This document shows, in pieces, positions 11,487 through 24,531 of a stretch of DNA of 64,000 bases. A model generated the notes under the pieces. It saw nothing but the letters and a program-made list of their open reading frames with translations, had not been told where the DNA came from and did not search any database. The first letter of the stretch is position 1. Every line of letters begins with the position of its first letter. The stretch is from an uncultured delta proteobacterium (GTDB lineage: Bacteria > Myxococcota_A > Polyangia > Haliangiales > Haliangiaceae), in assembly GCA_963848295.1 (NCBI GenBank), contig CAWKDB010000004.1, forward strand, positions 256,001-320,000. Direction: 5' to 3'. The translations under genes were made by a program, and so were the position numbers.

Positions 11487-12623
11487 ATGACCTCGAGCAG
11501 GCGACTCGCCGTTGCGTCCCTGTGCGGGGCGTTGCTCGTCGCGAGCGTCGCCGGCGAGTCCGCGGCTGCCGATCTCTCCGACATCGCGCGCTTCCTTGCT
11601 GGCAAGGGCGTCGCGCCCGACTCGAAGCTCGCCGAGCAGGCTCGAACGCAGTCGTATGTAGAGTACGCCGAGCAGATACGGTCCGGCTGGAAGCAGTTTC
11701 AGCAGCCGAACCTCGAGCGCATGCGGAGCTGGTGGACGGGCCGTGCACCGGCGAGGTACTCGACCGTGTTTTACGCGTTCAGCGGACCCGATATCGGGAA
11801 CGCGCTTGTCCTGTTCCCCGACGCCGACACGTATCTCATGTTCGGCCTCGAGTCCCCGGGCGCCATTCCGGACTTGCAGGACATGGACGAGGACGAGATC
11901 AGCTCGGGCTTGAACGAGCTCGAGGCGTCGCTGAGCACGATGCTCCAGGTGAACTACTTCTTCACCAAGGCCATGGAGAAGCAGCTGGGCAAAGGGCCGT
12001 TCAATAGCATCAGCAGCCTGCTCCTGTTCTTCCTCGGCATGAACGACTGCGAGGTGACGGGGGCGAGGAGGATTGCCATCGGTCCGAGCGGCGCCGTCGT
12101 GCAGGGAATGGCCGCCGACGACTCCGCGAGCGGACGTTCCCGCTCTCGTGTCCCGGGAGTCGAGATGACGTTTCGACGACGTGGCGGCAAGGAGCAGACC
12201 ATCCGCTACTTCATGGTGAACGTCGCGGATGCCGACCTCGCGAAGAGCTCACCCGAGCTCATGCCGTACCTCGAGAGCCAAGGACGTCTCGTGACCATGA
12301 TCAAGTCCGCGTCCTATCTGATGCACAAGGAAGGCATCGAAGAGCCGGCGCACTTCGAGCAGATTCGCTCGCTGATCCTCAGGCAGAGCGACTTCGTCGT
12401 GCAGGACGATTCAGGCGTACCGCTCAGGCTGTTCGCGCGCGACACGTGGACCCTGCGGTTTCACGGCAGGTACGAAGCGCCCACTCCAGAGTTCGCAAAA
12501 TATCTCGAGAAGGACTTGAAGATCGAGATGCAGAGGAACTCCTCGGGGAGGCTTCCATTCACCTACGGCTACGCCTACCAGCAGGGCGAGTCGAACCTCA
12601 TGACCGCGGAGCGAGCTCGGTAA
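11487..12623 (+). CDS. Conserved secreted hypothetical protein
   Basis: Signal peptide MTSSRRLAVASLCGALLVASVA; conserved-looking motifs FYAFSGPD, NYFFTKAM, KSASYLMH, QDDSGVP, LPFTYGY. The ORF-track start at 10974 is too far upstream. Confidence 0.75.
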   Translation: MTSSRRLAVASLCGALLVASVAGESAAADLSDIARFLAGKGVAPDSKLAEQARTQSYVEYAEQIRSGWKQFQQPNLERMRSWWTGRAPARYSTVFYAFSGPDIGNALVLFPDADTYLMFGLESPGAIPDLQDMDEDEISSGLNELEASLSTMLQVNYFFTKAMEKQLGKGPFNSISSLLLFFLGMNDCEVTGARRIAIGPSGAVVQGMAADDSASGRSRSRVPGVEMTFRRRGGKEQTIRYFMVNVADADLAKSSPELMPYLESQGRLVTMIKSASYLMHKEGIEEPAHFEQIRSLILRQSDFVVQDDSGVPLRLFARDTWTLRFHGRYEAPTPEFAKYLEKDLKIEMQRNSSGRLPFTYGYAYQQGESNLMTAERAR

Positions 12624-12639
12624 TCGAGAAGGAGCAAGC

Positions 12640-13740
12640 ATGGTCAAGACCAGACAGCTACGCGTGGTGGGTTTGCTTCTGTGCTCGGCGGCTTGCGCCG
12701 GCCGGCAGAAGGCCGCCGAGGGCATGATTCCAGTCGCGAAGGCGATCACGATCTATAGCGCCGGTGGGAGCGTGGTCTCGGGAGTCATCGACCCGGCCGC
12801 GCTGGGTGCTCGCAGGCTTCGTCTGCCCGCGTCCGTCGCGGCCATCAGTCTCTCTCAGGCCGACCAGAGCTTGAAGTGGTTCACCGTCCAGGCGATCCCG
12901 GACACCAAGAAGGATGTGACCCACAAGCTCGTCGGGCTCCCTTCGCTGAAACCCGGAGCGCTGAAGTTCAACTACGCGTTGCCCGATATCACGTGGGCCC
13001 TCCAGCTGAAAGCGGAGATCACCGATGCGAAGTCGGTGAGCCTCCAGCTCCTGGCCGCGGTCAACATGAACGCGAGCGATCCATACAAGAACTGCGACGT
13101 CACCCTCGTGCTGAACAACGCGGTGAGCGTGGAGAAGCTCTCAGGGTCCACGTTCAAGCTGAGCTCGTTTGACCTCTATCCCCATCGCAACATCACCTAC
13201 AGCCTCGGCACCAAGGTCGCGGACTATTCGTTCATCCGCGAGTGGAATGCCTACGCGGGCAAGGACGAGGTCCACGTCCTGCTACAGGTGAAGAACCCGT
13301 TCTCGGTCGATCTGAACCAGACCAGCAGCTCCGTCGAGGCCAACCAGATCATCGTCGAATCGGGCACGATCAGCGACGAGACCGGGCCCGGAGCGGTGAT
13401 CTCGCTGCCGGCAGGGATCGATGACACGATCTCCACCTTCCGCTCGGTCAAGATCACCGAAGCGACAGACAAGCGACTCCTGCCGTTCAATCACCGAATC
13501 TCGTACGACATCGTCAATCGATCCGATCAACCGAAGACGCTCCGGCTCGTGACCTCACGGGTGATGGGCAACGAGCACCGCTCGGTCTATCACTTCACTC
13601 AGCCGCCCGACGCCACCCCGGACAATACGCTCGTCTGGATCCTCAAGCTCGAGCCGGGGAGCACCCGTACTCTCGAGTACGACTTCGACGCCGACATCAA
13701 GGACGTCGACGGCGAGAACGGATTCGAGCAGGGAGGGTAG
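12640..13740 (+). CDS. Lipoprotein, DUF4139-like beta-sandwich
   Basis: SD AAGGAG; lipobox AAC; C-terminal LVWILKLEPGSTRTLEYDF resembles DUF4139 ends. Confidence 0.65.
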   Translation: MVKTRQLRVVGLLLCSAACAGRQKAAEGMIPVAKAITIYSAGGSVVSGVIDPAALGARRLRLPASVAAISLSQADQSLKWFTVQAIPDTKKDVTHKLVGLPSLKPGALKFNYALPDITWALQLKAEITDAKSVSLQLLAAVNMNASDPYKNCDVTLVLNNAVSVEKLSGSTFKLSSFDLYPHRNITYSLGTKVADYSFIREWNAYAGKDEVHVLLQVKNPFSVDLNQTSSSVEANQIIVESGTISDETGPGAVISLPAGIDDTISTFRSVKITEATDKRLLPFNHRISYDIVNRSDQPKTLRLVTSRVMGNEHRSVYHFTQPPDATPDNTLVWILKLEPGSTRTLEYDFDADIKDVDGENGFEQGG

Positions 13741-13741
13741 T

Positions 13742-13777
13742 GCGCCCTCCACGAAATGGCGGCGGCGGGAGTCGAAG
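13742..13777 (-). repeat. Short copy of the tmRNA-3'-end-like repeat
   Basis: gcgccctccacgaaatggcggcggcgggagtcgaag matches the repeat at 33456-33491 with 2 mismatches. Confidence 0.7.
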
Positions 13778-13788
13778 ACGCTCGCGCG

Positions 13789-15027
13789 TCATCTCGGCAT
13801 GACCCGCTGGCGCTGTAGCTCGATCAGCGTCCCGCTGCGCGAGTCGGTCACTCGCACCTGCGTCGTATCGACCACGACCAGGCCGGTCAGACACGCGGTG
13901 GACGCCGCGCAGGTGTCGCTCGTCGTGTAGATCGTACGAGCTTCGTTCGCGGTCCCGTCGACGGTGCCTCTGCCGTCGGCGAGCACCATCCGCACGGTGG
14001 TCCTCGACGTCACGAACAGGTTGCCGATCTCGTCGCACCCCAGGCCCGCCGGCGAGTCCACGGGAAGCATGTTCGCCGGCGCGCCATCGCCAGACGATGT
14101 CGTGGTCCCGTTGCCGAAAACCGTCGTGATGGACCCGGCTGTGGTCACACGGCGGACACGATCGTTGCCCGTATCGGCGACGAACAGGTCGCCATTGCCG
14201 CACCAGGCGACCGCGTGCGGCTGATAGAGCTCCGCGCTCGTGGCCGGGCAGTCGCTCCCCTCAGGGGGGCAGTCTCCGAAGAACCCGAGCATCTGAGGGG
14301 TTCCGGCAACCGTGGTCACGGTGGTGCCGGCGATCTCGCGGATGACGTGGTTGCCGGTGTCTGCGATGTACACGTTGCCGAGTCCGTCGACCGCGAGGCC
14401 GGTCGGAGCGACGAACCGGAACGATGCGCTTGTCGCCGGACCGTCGTCGCCGCCGAAACCGAAGTCCCCGGTCCCCGCGATCGTGGTGATGACGCCGCTG
14501 GTCGCATCGACCCGGCGGATCCGACCGTTGCCGGTGTCGCCGATGTACAGGTTGCCGGCGCCGTCCAGCGCCACGCCCGATGGGAGATCGAGTTGGGCGT
14601 TCGCGGCGGAACCACCATCGCCAGAGAACCCCGCGGTCCCGGTGCCGGCGACCGCGGTGACCGCGCCGGTCGATGCGTCGACCCGGTCGACGATCTGGCC
14701 GCCGGTGTTCGCGAAGTACACGTTGCCGTTCGCGTCGGCCGCCACGCCCGTCGCGCTCGGTGCCGGCGAGGCGGTGACCGCGGTCGCCGTCGCCTGCCAG
14801 TTGGTCTGCTCGCACGCGCCGCGTTGACACACGCCGAATGGCACGGCAATGCAGTTCGTGCCCTCGGCGTGACTTGCACATCCATTCACCAGCGCTGGAT
14901 CGATGCAGCCGCCGCCTTGCGGCTCGCACACCGTCGACGTCGGACACGTCGTCCCGTCGGCGCAGGTCGTCGTCGTCGGCGTGAAGCACCCGGCGAGCGC
15001 GGCGAGCGAGAGCGCGGCACGCTTCAT
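13789..15027 (-). CDS. NHL-repeat lipoprotein (short paralog)
   Basis: MKRAALSLAALAGC lipobox; Cys-rich N-domain; NHL repeats (GVALDGAGNLYIGDTGNGRIRRVD); ATGA overlap with the upstream gene. Confidence 0.9.
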   Translation of the reverse strand: MKRAALSLAALAGCFTPTTTTCADGTTCPTSTVCEPQGGGCIDPALVNGCASHAEGTNCIAVPFGVCQRGACEQTNWQATATAVTASPAPSATGVAADANGNVYFANTGGQIVDRVDASTGAVTAVAGTGTAGFSGDGGSAANAQLDLPSGVALDGAGNLYIGDTGNGRIRRVDATSGVITTIAGTGDFGFGGDDGPATSASFRFVAPTGLAVDGLGNVYIADTGNHVIREIAGTTVTTVAGTPQMLGFFGDCPPEGSDCPATSAELYQPHAVAWCGNGDLFVADTGNDRVRRVTTAGSITTVFGNGTTTSSGDGAPANMLPVDSPAGLGCDEIGNLFVTSRTTVRMVLADGRGTVDGTANEARTIYTTSDTCAASTACLTGLVVVDTTQVRVTDSRSGTLIELQRQRVMPR

Positions 15028-18000
15028 GGGGCGGGGAGGCGCTCCAGCTCGATCAGCATGCCCGTGCAGGAATCGGTGATGCGCACGTGCGTGGAATCGA
15101 CGATGGCCACTGCCGTGAGACACCCCGTCGTCGAGGCCGGGAAGGTCGTACGAGGCGGCGCACCGTAGATCGTGCGTACCGGCCCGGTGCCGTCGACCAC
15201 GCCCGCGTCGTCGGCGAGCAGCATCCGCACGGCGTTCGTCGACGTCACGAACACGTTGCCGACATCGTCGCAGGCCAGGCCGAGCGGAAAGTCGACAGGT
15301 AACTCGCTCGCTGGCGCGCCCTCGCCCGATGACGCGGCGGCGCCGTTACCGAGCACCGTCGTGATCGTGCCGTCGGCGGCGATCCGACGCACGCGCTGGT
15401 TGCCGGTGTCGGCGACGAAGATGTCTCCGTTGCGGCACCCGGTGAGCGCCCGCGGCTGATCGAACAGCGCCCCCGACGCCGGGAGGCCGTCGCCGGAGAA
15501 GCCGGCCGTCTGGGGCGTGCCGGCGAACGTCGACACGGTCGCGCCGGTCGCGTCGATGGCGCGGATGACATGGTTGCCGGTATCGGCCACGTAGACGATG
15601 CCGGATGCAGGATCGCGGTAGAGACCGGTCGGGTCGGACAGCTCGGCGGTCGCGCTCGGTCCGTCGCGCCAGCCGGCGACGCCCGACGCGAGGTCCGCGA
15701 TCGTCCAGGTCTCCGGGGTCGCGGGATCGGTCACGGTCACGACGTGCACCAGCTCGTGGCCGGCTTCGGTCGGGTTGGACTCGGTCAGATAGATCGATGT
15801 GACGCCATCGAAGGCAACGCCGGCCACGTTGCCGAAGTTCTGATCGCGGAACCTCGCGAGGTTACTCGTCGCGGTTCCGACCGCGTTCGGATAGCGACCC
15901 GTGACGACATCGAGCGAGGTCGCGTCGACCGCTTCGACAGTCCCGCTCGTGCCGCCGGCGACGAGCTCGAATGGCGCGGCGGTCACCAGCGCTCTGGGAT
16001 CGGCGAGCCGAGCCTGGGCCAATGGCCCGGTGCCCGCCGGATCCACCGGCCCCGCAACGGTCGTGATGAGGCCGGCGGTGTCGATGCGGCGGACATGGCC
16101 GCCGGGGCTGCTGGAGGCGTCGGTGACATAGATCTGCCCGAGTGTGTCGACCGCGACCCCCAGAGGGGCGAGCAGGGCGGCTGTAGCGGGGCCGCCGTCG
16201 CCGTCGCCGTTGATTCCGACGTCACCGGTGCCCGCGACCGTGGTGATGACGCCAGCCGTATCCACCCGCCGGATGCGGTTGTTCTGCGAGTCGGCGATGT
16301 AGAGGTTGCCGAGCCCATCGATGGCGACCCCCGTAGGCGTGTACAGCTCCGCGGTCGTCGCCGCGATGCCGTCGCCGTTGTACCCGGAGGTTCCCGTGCC
16401 TGCGATCGTCGTGATGATACCCATCGTGTCCACGCGCCGAACGCAGTAGTTGTACGTGTCGGCGATGTAGACGTTGCCGAGCCCATCGACCGCGACGCCA
16501 CGGGGATAGTGCAGCTGCGCGGCGGTGGCCGCGCCTCCGTCGCCGCTGTAGCCGAGCGTCCCGACGCCCGCGACGGTCGTGATGACGCCGGTCGTGTCCA
16601 CGCGCCGGACCCGGTTGTTGAAGGTATCGGCGATGTAGAGATTGCCGGCCGCGTCGACCGCGACGCCGTAGGGGAGAGACAGGTTTGCTGCGGTCGCGGC
16701 GCCGCCGTCGCCGCTGTACCCAAGGGTCCCGGTGCCCGCGACGGTCGTGATCGTGCCGTCGGGATCGACGCGCCTGATGCGGTTCTTGGACTCGTCGGCG
16801 ATGTAGATGTTGCCGAGTCCGTCGATCGCCACGCTCTCGGGGGCGCTGAGCTCGGCGGCGGTCGCGGCGCCGCCGTCGCCGCTGTACCCGAAGGTCCCGG
16901 TGCCGGCGACCGTGGTGATGACGCCGGAGCTGTCGATGTGTCGGATCCGGCTGTTGTTGGTGTCGGCGATGTAGACCTCGCCGAGGGCGTCGATCGCGAC
17001 GTCGTTCGGGTCGCCGAGCTGGGCGTCGGTCGCGGCGCCGCCGTCGCCGATCGTCGACCCGCCCCCAGCGATCGTCGTGACATCTCCGGCGGAGTCGACA
17101 TACAGAATGACGTCGTGGTCGGTGTCGGCGATATAGGTCCCGAGCGCGTTGACCGCCACACCGTGCGGCGAGCTCAACGTCGCGGACGGTGTGAACGGCT
17201 CGACGTTGCCTGCCATGTCCAGGTCCAGGATGCGGCCGTTGCCCGAGTCGGCGATATAGACGTCAGCCCCGTAGGTGGTGACGCCGAACGGTTGGTCGAG
17301 CCCGCTGGTCGGGGCGAACGTCGTGATCACGCCGCTGGTGTCTACGCGACGGACGCTGTTGTTGCCGGTGTCGGCGATATAGACCTCGCCGTTCGCGTCG
17401 ACCGCGACCCCGTACGGTGAGGACAACTGCGCGCTGGTCGCGGCGCCGCCGTCCCCCGCGGACCCGAGAATCCCGGAGCCCGCGATCGTCGTGATGATGC
17501 CGGCGCTGTCCACGCGCCGGATGACATTGTTGCTGGTGTCGGCGATGTAGAGATCGCCGAGGCCGTCGACCACGACATCAGCGGGGTAGTACAGCTGCGC
17601 GCTCGTCGCCGGGCCGCCGTCTCCGGAATCGCCGTGGTTCCGGGGGAGGCCGCTGCCCGCGACCGTCGCGATGATCCCCTCGGTGTCGATGCGCCGGATC
17701 CGGTTGTTCCCTCGGTCAGCGATGTAGACTTGGCCGAGCCCGTCGACCGCGACACCTTGCGGCGTATCCAACTCCGCCTCGGTCGCGGCGCCGCCGTCGC
17801 CAGCGTATCCCTCCGTTCCGGTGCCCGCGATCGTCGTGAGGAACCCCGCGGTGTCGAGGCGCAGGATCCGATGGTCAGACGTGTCGGCGATGTAGAGGTT
17901 GCCGGCCTGATCGACCGCCACGCGAAACGGACTCGAGAGCTGGGCGGTCGTCGCGTTGGCTTGCCCGCCGATCACCACCGTCGCTTGCCACGTGGTCTGC

Positions 18001-18220
18001 CCGCACACACCTTGCTGGCACACTCCGAACGGGAGCGCCGAGCAGTTCGCGCCTTCGGCTTCGCCGGTGCACGCGGTCACGAGAGTCGGATCGACACAGC
18101 CGCCGCCAGCCGGCGCGCATATCGTCGACTCGGGGCAGGTCGTGCCGTCGGTGCACGTCGTCGTCTGCGGCGTGAAGCAAGCCGCGAATACCGCGAGCAC
18201 ACCGAATGCGATCGCGCGAG

Positions 18221-18224
<4 letters not shown>
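15024..18224 (-). CDS. NHL-repeat lipoprotein (long paralog, 1066 aa)
   Basis: Lipobox FAAC; many repeats GYSGDGGAATAA.L..P.GVAVD..GN.YIADT.N.RIRRVD. Confidence 0.93.
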
Positions 18225-21103
<2,879 letters not shown>

Positions 21104-21134
21104 CACCGTGATCGTATCAGTTACCATCACCTCG
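21104..21134. promoter_or_regulatory. Back-to-back -10 boxes (putative bidirectional leaderless promoter)
   Basis: Minus-strand TACGAT (21111-21116) is 7 nt before GTG 21103; plus-strand TACCAT (21122-21127) is 7 nt before GTG 21135. Confidence 0.6.
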
Positions 21135-22097
21135 GTGAAGAGCCTCGTGGTCCTCCTGGTAACCGTGTGGGGCGCGGTTGCTCACGCCGAGCCGAAGCCG
21201 TGGGCGCTCGGGGTCTCGGACGCCGAGCAGGCGACCGCGCTCGCGATCTACAACGACGCCAACGCCGAGTTCGAGGAGGCGCGATACGCGCAGGCACTCG
21301 CGAAGTACCACGACGCGATCAAGCATTGGGAGCACCCGGCGATCCGCTTCAACATGGTGGTGTGCCTGATCAACCTCGACCAGCCCCTCGAGGCCTTCGA
21401 CGATCTCGAGCTCGCGCTCAAGTACGGTGCCGCGCCGTTCAGCGCCGACGTGTTCGCGCAGGCGCTGACCTACCAGAAGCTGCTGCTCGGCCAGCTCGCG
21501 AGGCTCGAGGTCACGAGCGCCGAGCCGGGCGCTACGGTGATCCTCGACGGCGCGAAGCTGTTCGTGGCACCCGGAAGCGTGACGAAGCTGGTGAGGCCCG
21601 GAGATCACCAGATCGTCGCGACGAAGCCCGGATTCCTCACCGCCACGACTCCGCTCGTGCTCGTCGGCGGCAAAGGGACCGTGGTCGACGTGAGGCTCGT
21701 GAAGATCGAGCCGACGCACATCGTGCGGCGATGGTCGCCGTGGAAGCCGTGGGTCATCGTCGGTGTGGGGGTGGCGCTCGCGGCGGCCGGGGGCTATCTC
21801 GAGTGGCGCGCATACGAGGACAACTCGAACTACGACTCGCGGTTCAAGGCGGACTGCCCGACCGGTTGCGGCGGCCCCGTGCAGCCGCCGATTTCAACGT
21901 CGCTGGTCTCGCTGCGCGACCGGGCGCGCAACGCGAACATCTCCGGGATCACGCTGCTGATCGCGGGAGGCGCGGCGCTCGTGACGGGCTCGTACGGTGT
22001 CTACGTGAACCAACCCCGCGCGGCCGGACTCGAGAAGAACATCACGGTGACTCCGTCACTCGGCGGTGTTTCGTTGACCTTCGCTGGCTCGTTCTGA
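21135..22097 (+). CDS. Secreted TPR + PEGA domain protein
   Basis: Signal peptide; TPR (ALAIYNDANAEFEEARYAQAL...PAIRFN); PEGA (LEVTSAEPGATVILDG...PGDHQIVATKPGF); C-terminal TM segments. Confidence 0.85.
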   Translation: MKSLVVLLVTVWGAVAHAEPKPWALGVSDAEQATALAIYNDANAEFEEARYAQALAKYHDAIKHWEHPAIRFNMVVCLINLDQPLEAFDDLELALKYGAAPFSADVFAQALTYQKLLLGQLARLEVTSAEPGATVILDGAKLFVAPGSVTKLVRPGDHQIVATKPGFLTATTPLVLVGGKGTVVDVRLVKIEPTHIVRRWSPWKPWVIVGVGVALAAAGGYLEWRAYEDNSNYDSRFKADCPTGCGGPVQPPISTSLVSLRDRARNANISGITLLIAGGAALVTGSYGVYVNQPRAAGLEKNITVTPSLGGVSLTFAGSF

Positions 22098-22343
22098 CAC
22101 GAGTCGCCAACCCATTCATCACCGGCATCACGACGGCGCAGCTCGCGACGCGACGCGCGCGCCGAGAGATGACCGGCGACCGAGCTCGACCCGCGGTCGC
22201 CCCGAGCGCGCATTGCCTGGGCGTAATGCTCCGGCAAGGCTGTCGCATGACCGGCGCTCTACGCTCTTCCGAGTCGGTCGTCGAGACGGCGGTGACCACC
22301 GACCGTTGCCGTTCCACCGCGTCGTTCAAGAAGCAGGAGATCC

Positions 22344-22940
22344 ATGAAGCGCATACTCGTCACCATGTTGCTCGTCGGGGGTGCCGCCGCGGGCTGCATC
22401 AAAGACAACCACCCCGCCGTCGCGAACCCGCCCGAAGCGCACAGCGTTACCGGGGCCTCCCGGCCGGGCGAGCCGACGCAGGTCGTCGCCACGATCGACG
22501 GCCATGCGGTCACGGTCAAGGACGTCGATGCGATCATCGCGGCCCAGCTTGGCCAGCTCCAGCAGCAGTTTCAGGCGGAGCAGTTCGCCCTACGGAAGCA
22601 GGGCCTCGACGCGGTGCTGTTCATGCGGCTCGCCGACACCGAGGCCAAGAAGGACGGCACGACCGAACAAGCCTGGGTCAAGCAGCGCGTCGAGGCGTCG
22701 GCGCCCGCGGCCACGGAGGCCGATGCGAAGACGTTCTACGACCAGAACTCCGCGCGCATGGGTAGCCGCACGTTCGACCAGGAGAAGTCCCGGATCATGG
22801 CGTTCCTGACCAACCAGAAGCGCGAAGTCGAGGTGGAGAAGCTGTTCGCTGATCTGAAGAGCAAGGCGAAGATCGAGATCACGCTCAAGCAGCCCGCCAA
22901 CGTCGTGGCCGATTCGCACGAAGTGCCACCCAAAAAATAA
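22344..22940 (+). CDS. Lipoprotein with SurA-N/foldase-like domain
   Basis: SD AGGAG; lipobox AAGC; VVATIDGHAVT...EADAKTFYDQN...LKSKAKIEITL. Confidence 0.75.
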   Translation: MKRILVTMLLVGGAAAGCIKDNHPAVANPPEAHSVTGASRPGEPTQVVATIDGHAVTVKDVDAIIAAQLGQLQQQFQAEQFALRKQGLDAVLFMRLADTEAKKDGTTEQAWVKQRVEASAPAATEADAKTFYDQNSARMGSRTFDQEKSRIMAFLTNQKREVEVEKLFADLKSKAKIEITLKQPANVVADSHEVPPKK

Positions 22941-23086
22941 ACAAACCTCCGCTACCGCGGTGACCCCCGCGACCGGAGCGAGCTCACCGTGGTCGGGCAT
23001 CGCGATCGAAACCCGTCGCGATCGCACAGGTTCGAGCTCGAGAACGCCAGCTGCCTGCGGGCGCGCGGTTGTGGCTCGACGCGCAG

Positions 23087-23788
23087 CTACGTAGCGCCGA
23101 GTGCCCAACGGAGCGAGTTGCGGAGCACGCTAGCGCCATCGTCGAGAGCACACGCTCCGTGCGCGATGACGAGGTGGCGCGGAGACCAAGCGATCGCGCG
23201 CGCGAGCGACGCCCGGAGTCGAGCCCGCCGCAAGAACGACAGACGCCACTCGCGCGGCGTGCTGCCATCGTGACCGACGAGCCCGTCGAGCTTCATGAGA
23301 AACCGCTGAAACCCGCCGAGCGTATGCTCGTCGAAGCGCTGCACGAGATCGCCGACAATGCACGTGCTCGACGCGCGATGAAAAAACACGACCTCGGTCA
23401 GCGCGAAGCTTCCCGCCACGCAGACTTGATCGATTTGACCGAGCCATTCCGGCGGGGCGTCGTCGCCGAGCTCTCCGGTGAATGACAGGTCCTTGCGCTT
23501 CTTTGCGAGACCTGGCGGGGCGTAGATCCGGAGTGAAGGCCACGCCGCGGCCCATCGGGTGAGCGCGAGGTGGTGGAGCTTGTTTGGCTCGACCACGAAT
23601 CGCGGCTCGCCGAGTTGGTCGATGGCAGTGCGTACCCGCTCGTCGAGCGCAACCGGCGACCACACCCATAGCGCACCGCTGTCGAGCCGAACGACCACCA
23701 TGCGCGTCGGATATGGAAACCCGTGGAACGAGACCGGGGTCCCCTCGACGATCCAGATCCGTTCGCCGATCGGCTCGAGGACGTTCAT
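23087..23788 (-). CDS. DUF4336 domain protein (metallo-beta-lactamase-like)
   Basis: YPTRMVVVRL..GALWVWSP, PNKLHHL, EVVFFHRASST, IAHG. Confidence 0.88.
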   Translation of the reverse strand: MNVLEPIGERIWIVEGTPVSFHGFPYPTRMVVVRLDSGALWVWSPVALDERVRTAIDQLGEPRFVVEPNKLHHLALTRWAAAWPSLRIYAPPGLAKKRKDLSFTGELGDDAPPEWLGQIDQVCVAGSFALTEVVFFHRASSTCIVGDLVQRFDEHTLGGFQRFLMKLDGLVGHDGSTPREWRLSFLRRARLRASLARAIAWSPRHLVIAHGACALDDGASVLRNSLRWALGAT

Positions 23789-23837
23789 GCGCTGACGATG
23801 CCACGGCCACGGCGGGAGTTGCGCGCAGCGGGCTCGC

Positions 23838-24410
23838 TCAAGTGCGGTTCGCAGCCTGGTTGATCCTGAAGTGCAGCTTGGCGACTTGCTCGGGAGTCAG
23901 CTTCGATCGCAGGACAACACCACCATACGAGCGGAATCGCGCATCGAGGTCGTCTGGATCGGGCTCGCGGAGCAGGATGAAGATCGCCGAGTCACCGGCT
24001 GCGACCGTGGCGCGGATGTTGTCCACGAACTCGTCGGAGACTCCGAGCTCGTTCTTCCACCACGAGTCATCGACCGCGCCGTGCTTGGCGCCGATGATCG
24101 AACCGCCGACGGCGCCGGCGACGAACGTGGTGGCGGCCGCCACGGTGCCCACACCCGCGGTGACCGGAAGCGCGAGCGCGGCGAGCACGATCCCGACGAA
24201 CGAGCCGAGTAATCCGCCGACGATCGCACCTTCGCCTTTCGACGATTGGTAGCTGCGATCGATGGTCAGCTCTCCACGATCGTTTCGATACGCTGCCACG
24301 GCGCCGTGGAGATTGGCCGACCAAGCTTCGTCGCGCGCCCTGATCTGGCCCAGTACAACCGCGGCCCGTTCGATGTCCTGCTTGAAGGCGACGACGACGA
24401 GCTCTGACAT
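23838..24410 (-). CDS. DUF1269 domain membrane protein
   Basis: MSELVVVAF; Gly-zipper GAIVGGLLG; GVSDEFV...GDSAIFIL...YGGVVLRSKL. Confidence 0.85.
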   Translation of the reverse strand: MSELVVVAFKQDIERAAVVLGQIRARDEAWSANLHGAVAAYRNDRGELTIDRSYQSSKGEGAIVGGLLGSFVGIVLAALALPVTAGVGTVAAATTFVAGAVGGSIIGAKHGAVDDSWWKNELGVSDEFVDNIRATVAAGDSAIFILLREPDPDDLDARFRSYGGVVLRSKLTPEQVAKLHFRINQAANRT

Positions 24411-24531
24411 GCCCCGATCATATGCCGTCAGCTGCCCCGTGGTTGCAACGTGCGCCTCCGCGCGGTGCCGATGGTGCGAACGCGCGGTGAGCGCCGTTTC
24501 GTGACCTTGCTGCCGATCGTTTGCTCCCGCG

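Noticed and set aside
15570..17420. Long plus-strand ORF (also 297..1280, 28227..30212, 44008..45186 and similar)
   Set aside because: Antisense shadows of well-supported minus-strand genes in high-GC DNA.
15024..18000. Periodic DNA repeats that could suggest a CRISPR array
   Set aside because: They are coding NHL repeats with synonymous variation and no unique spacers; no cas genes are present.
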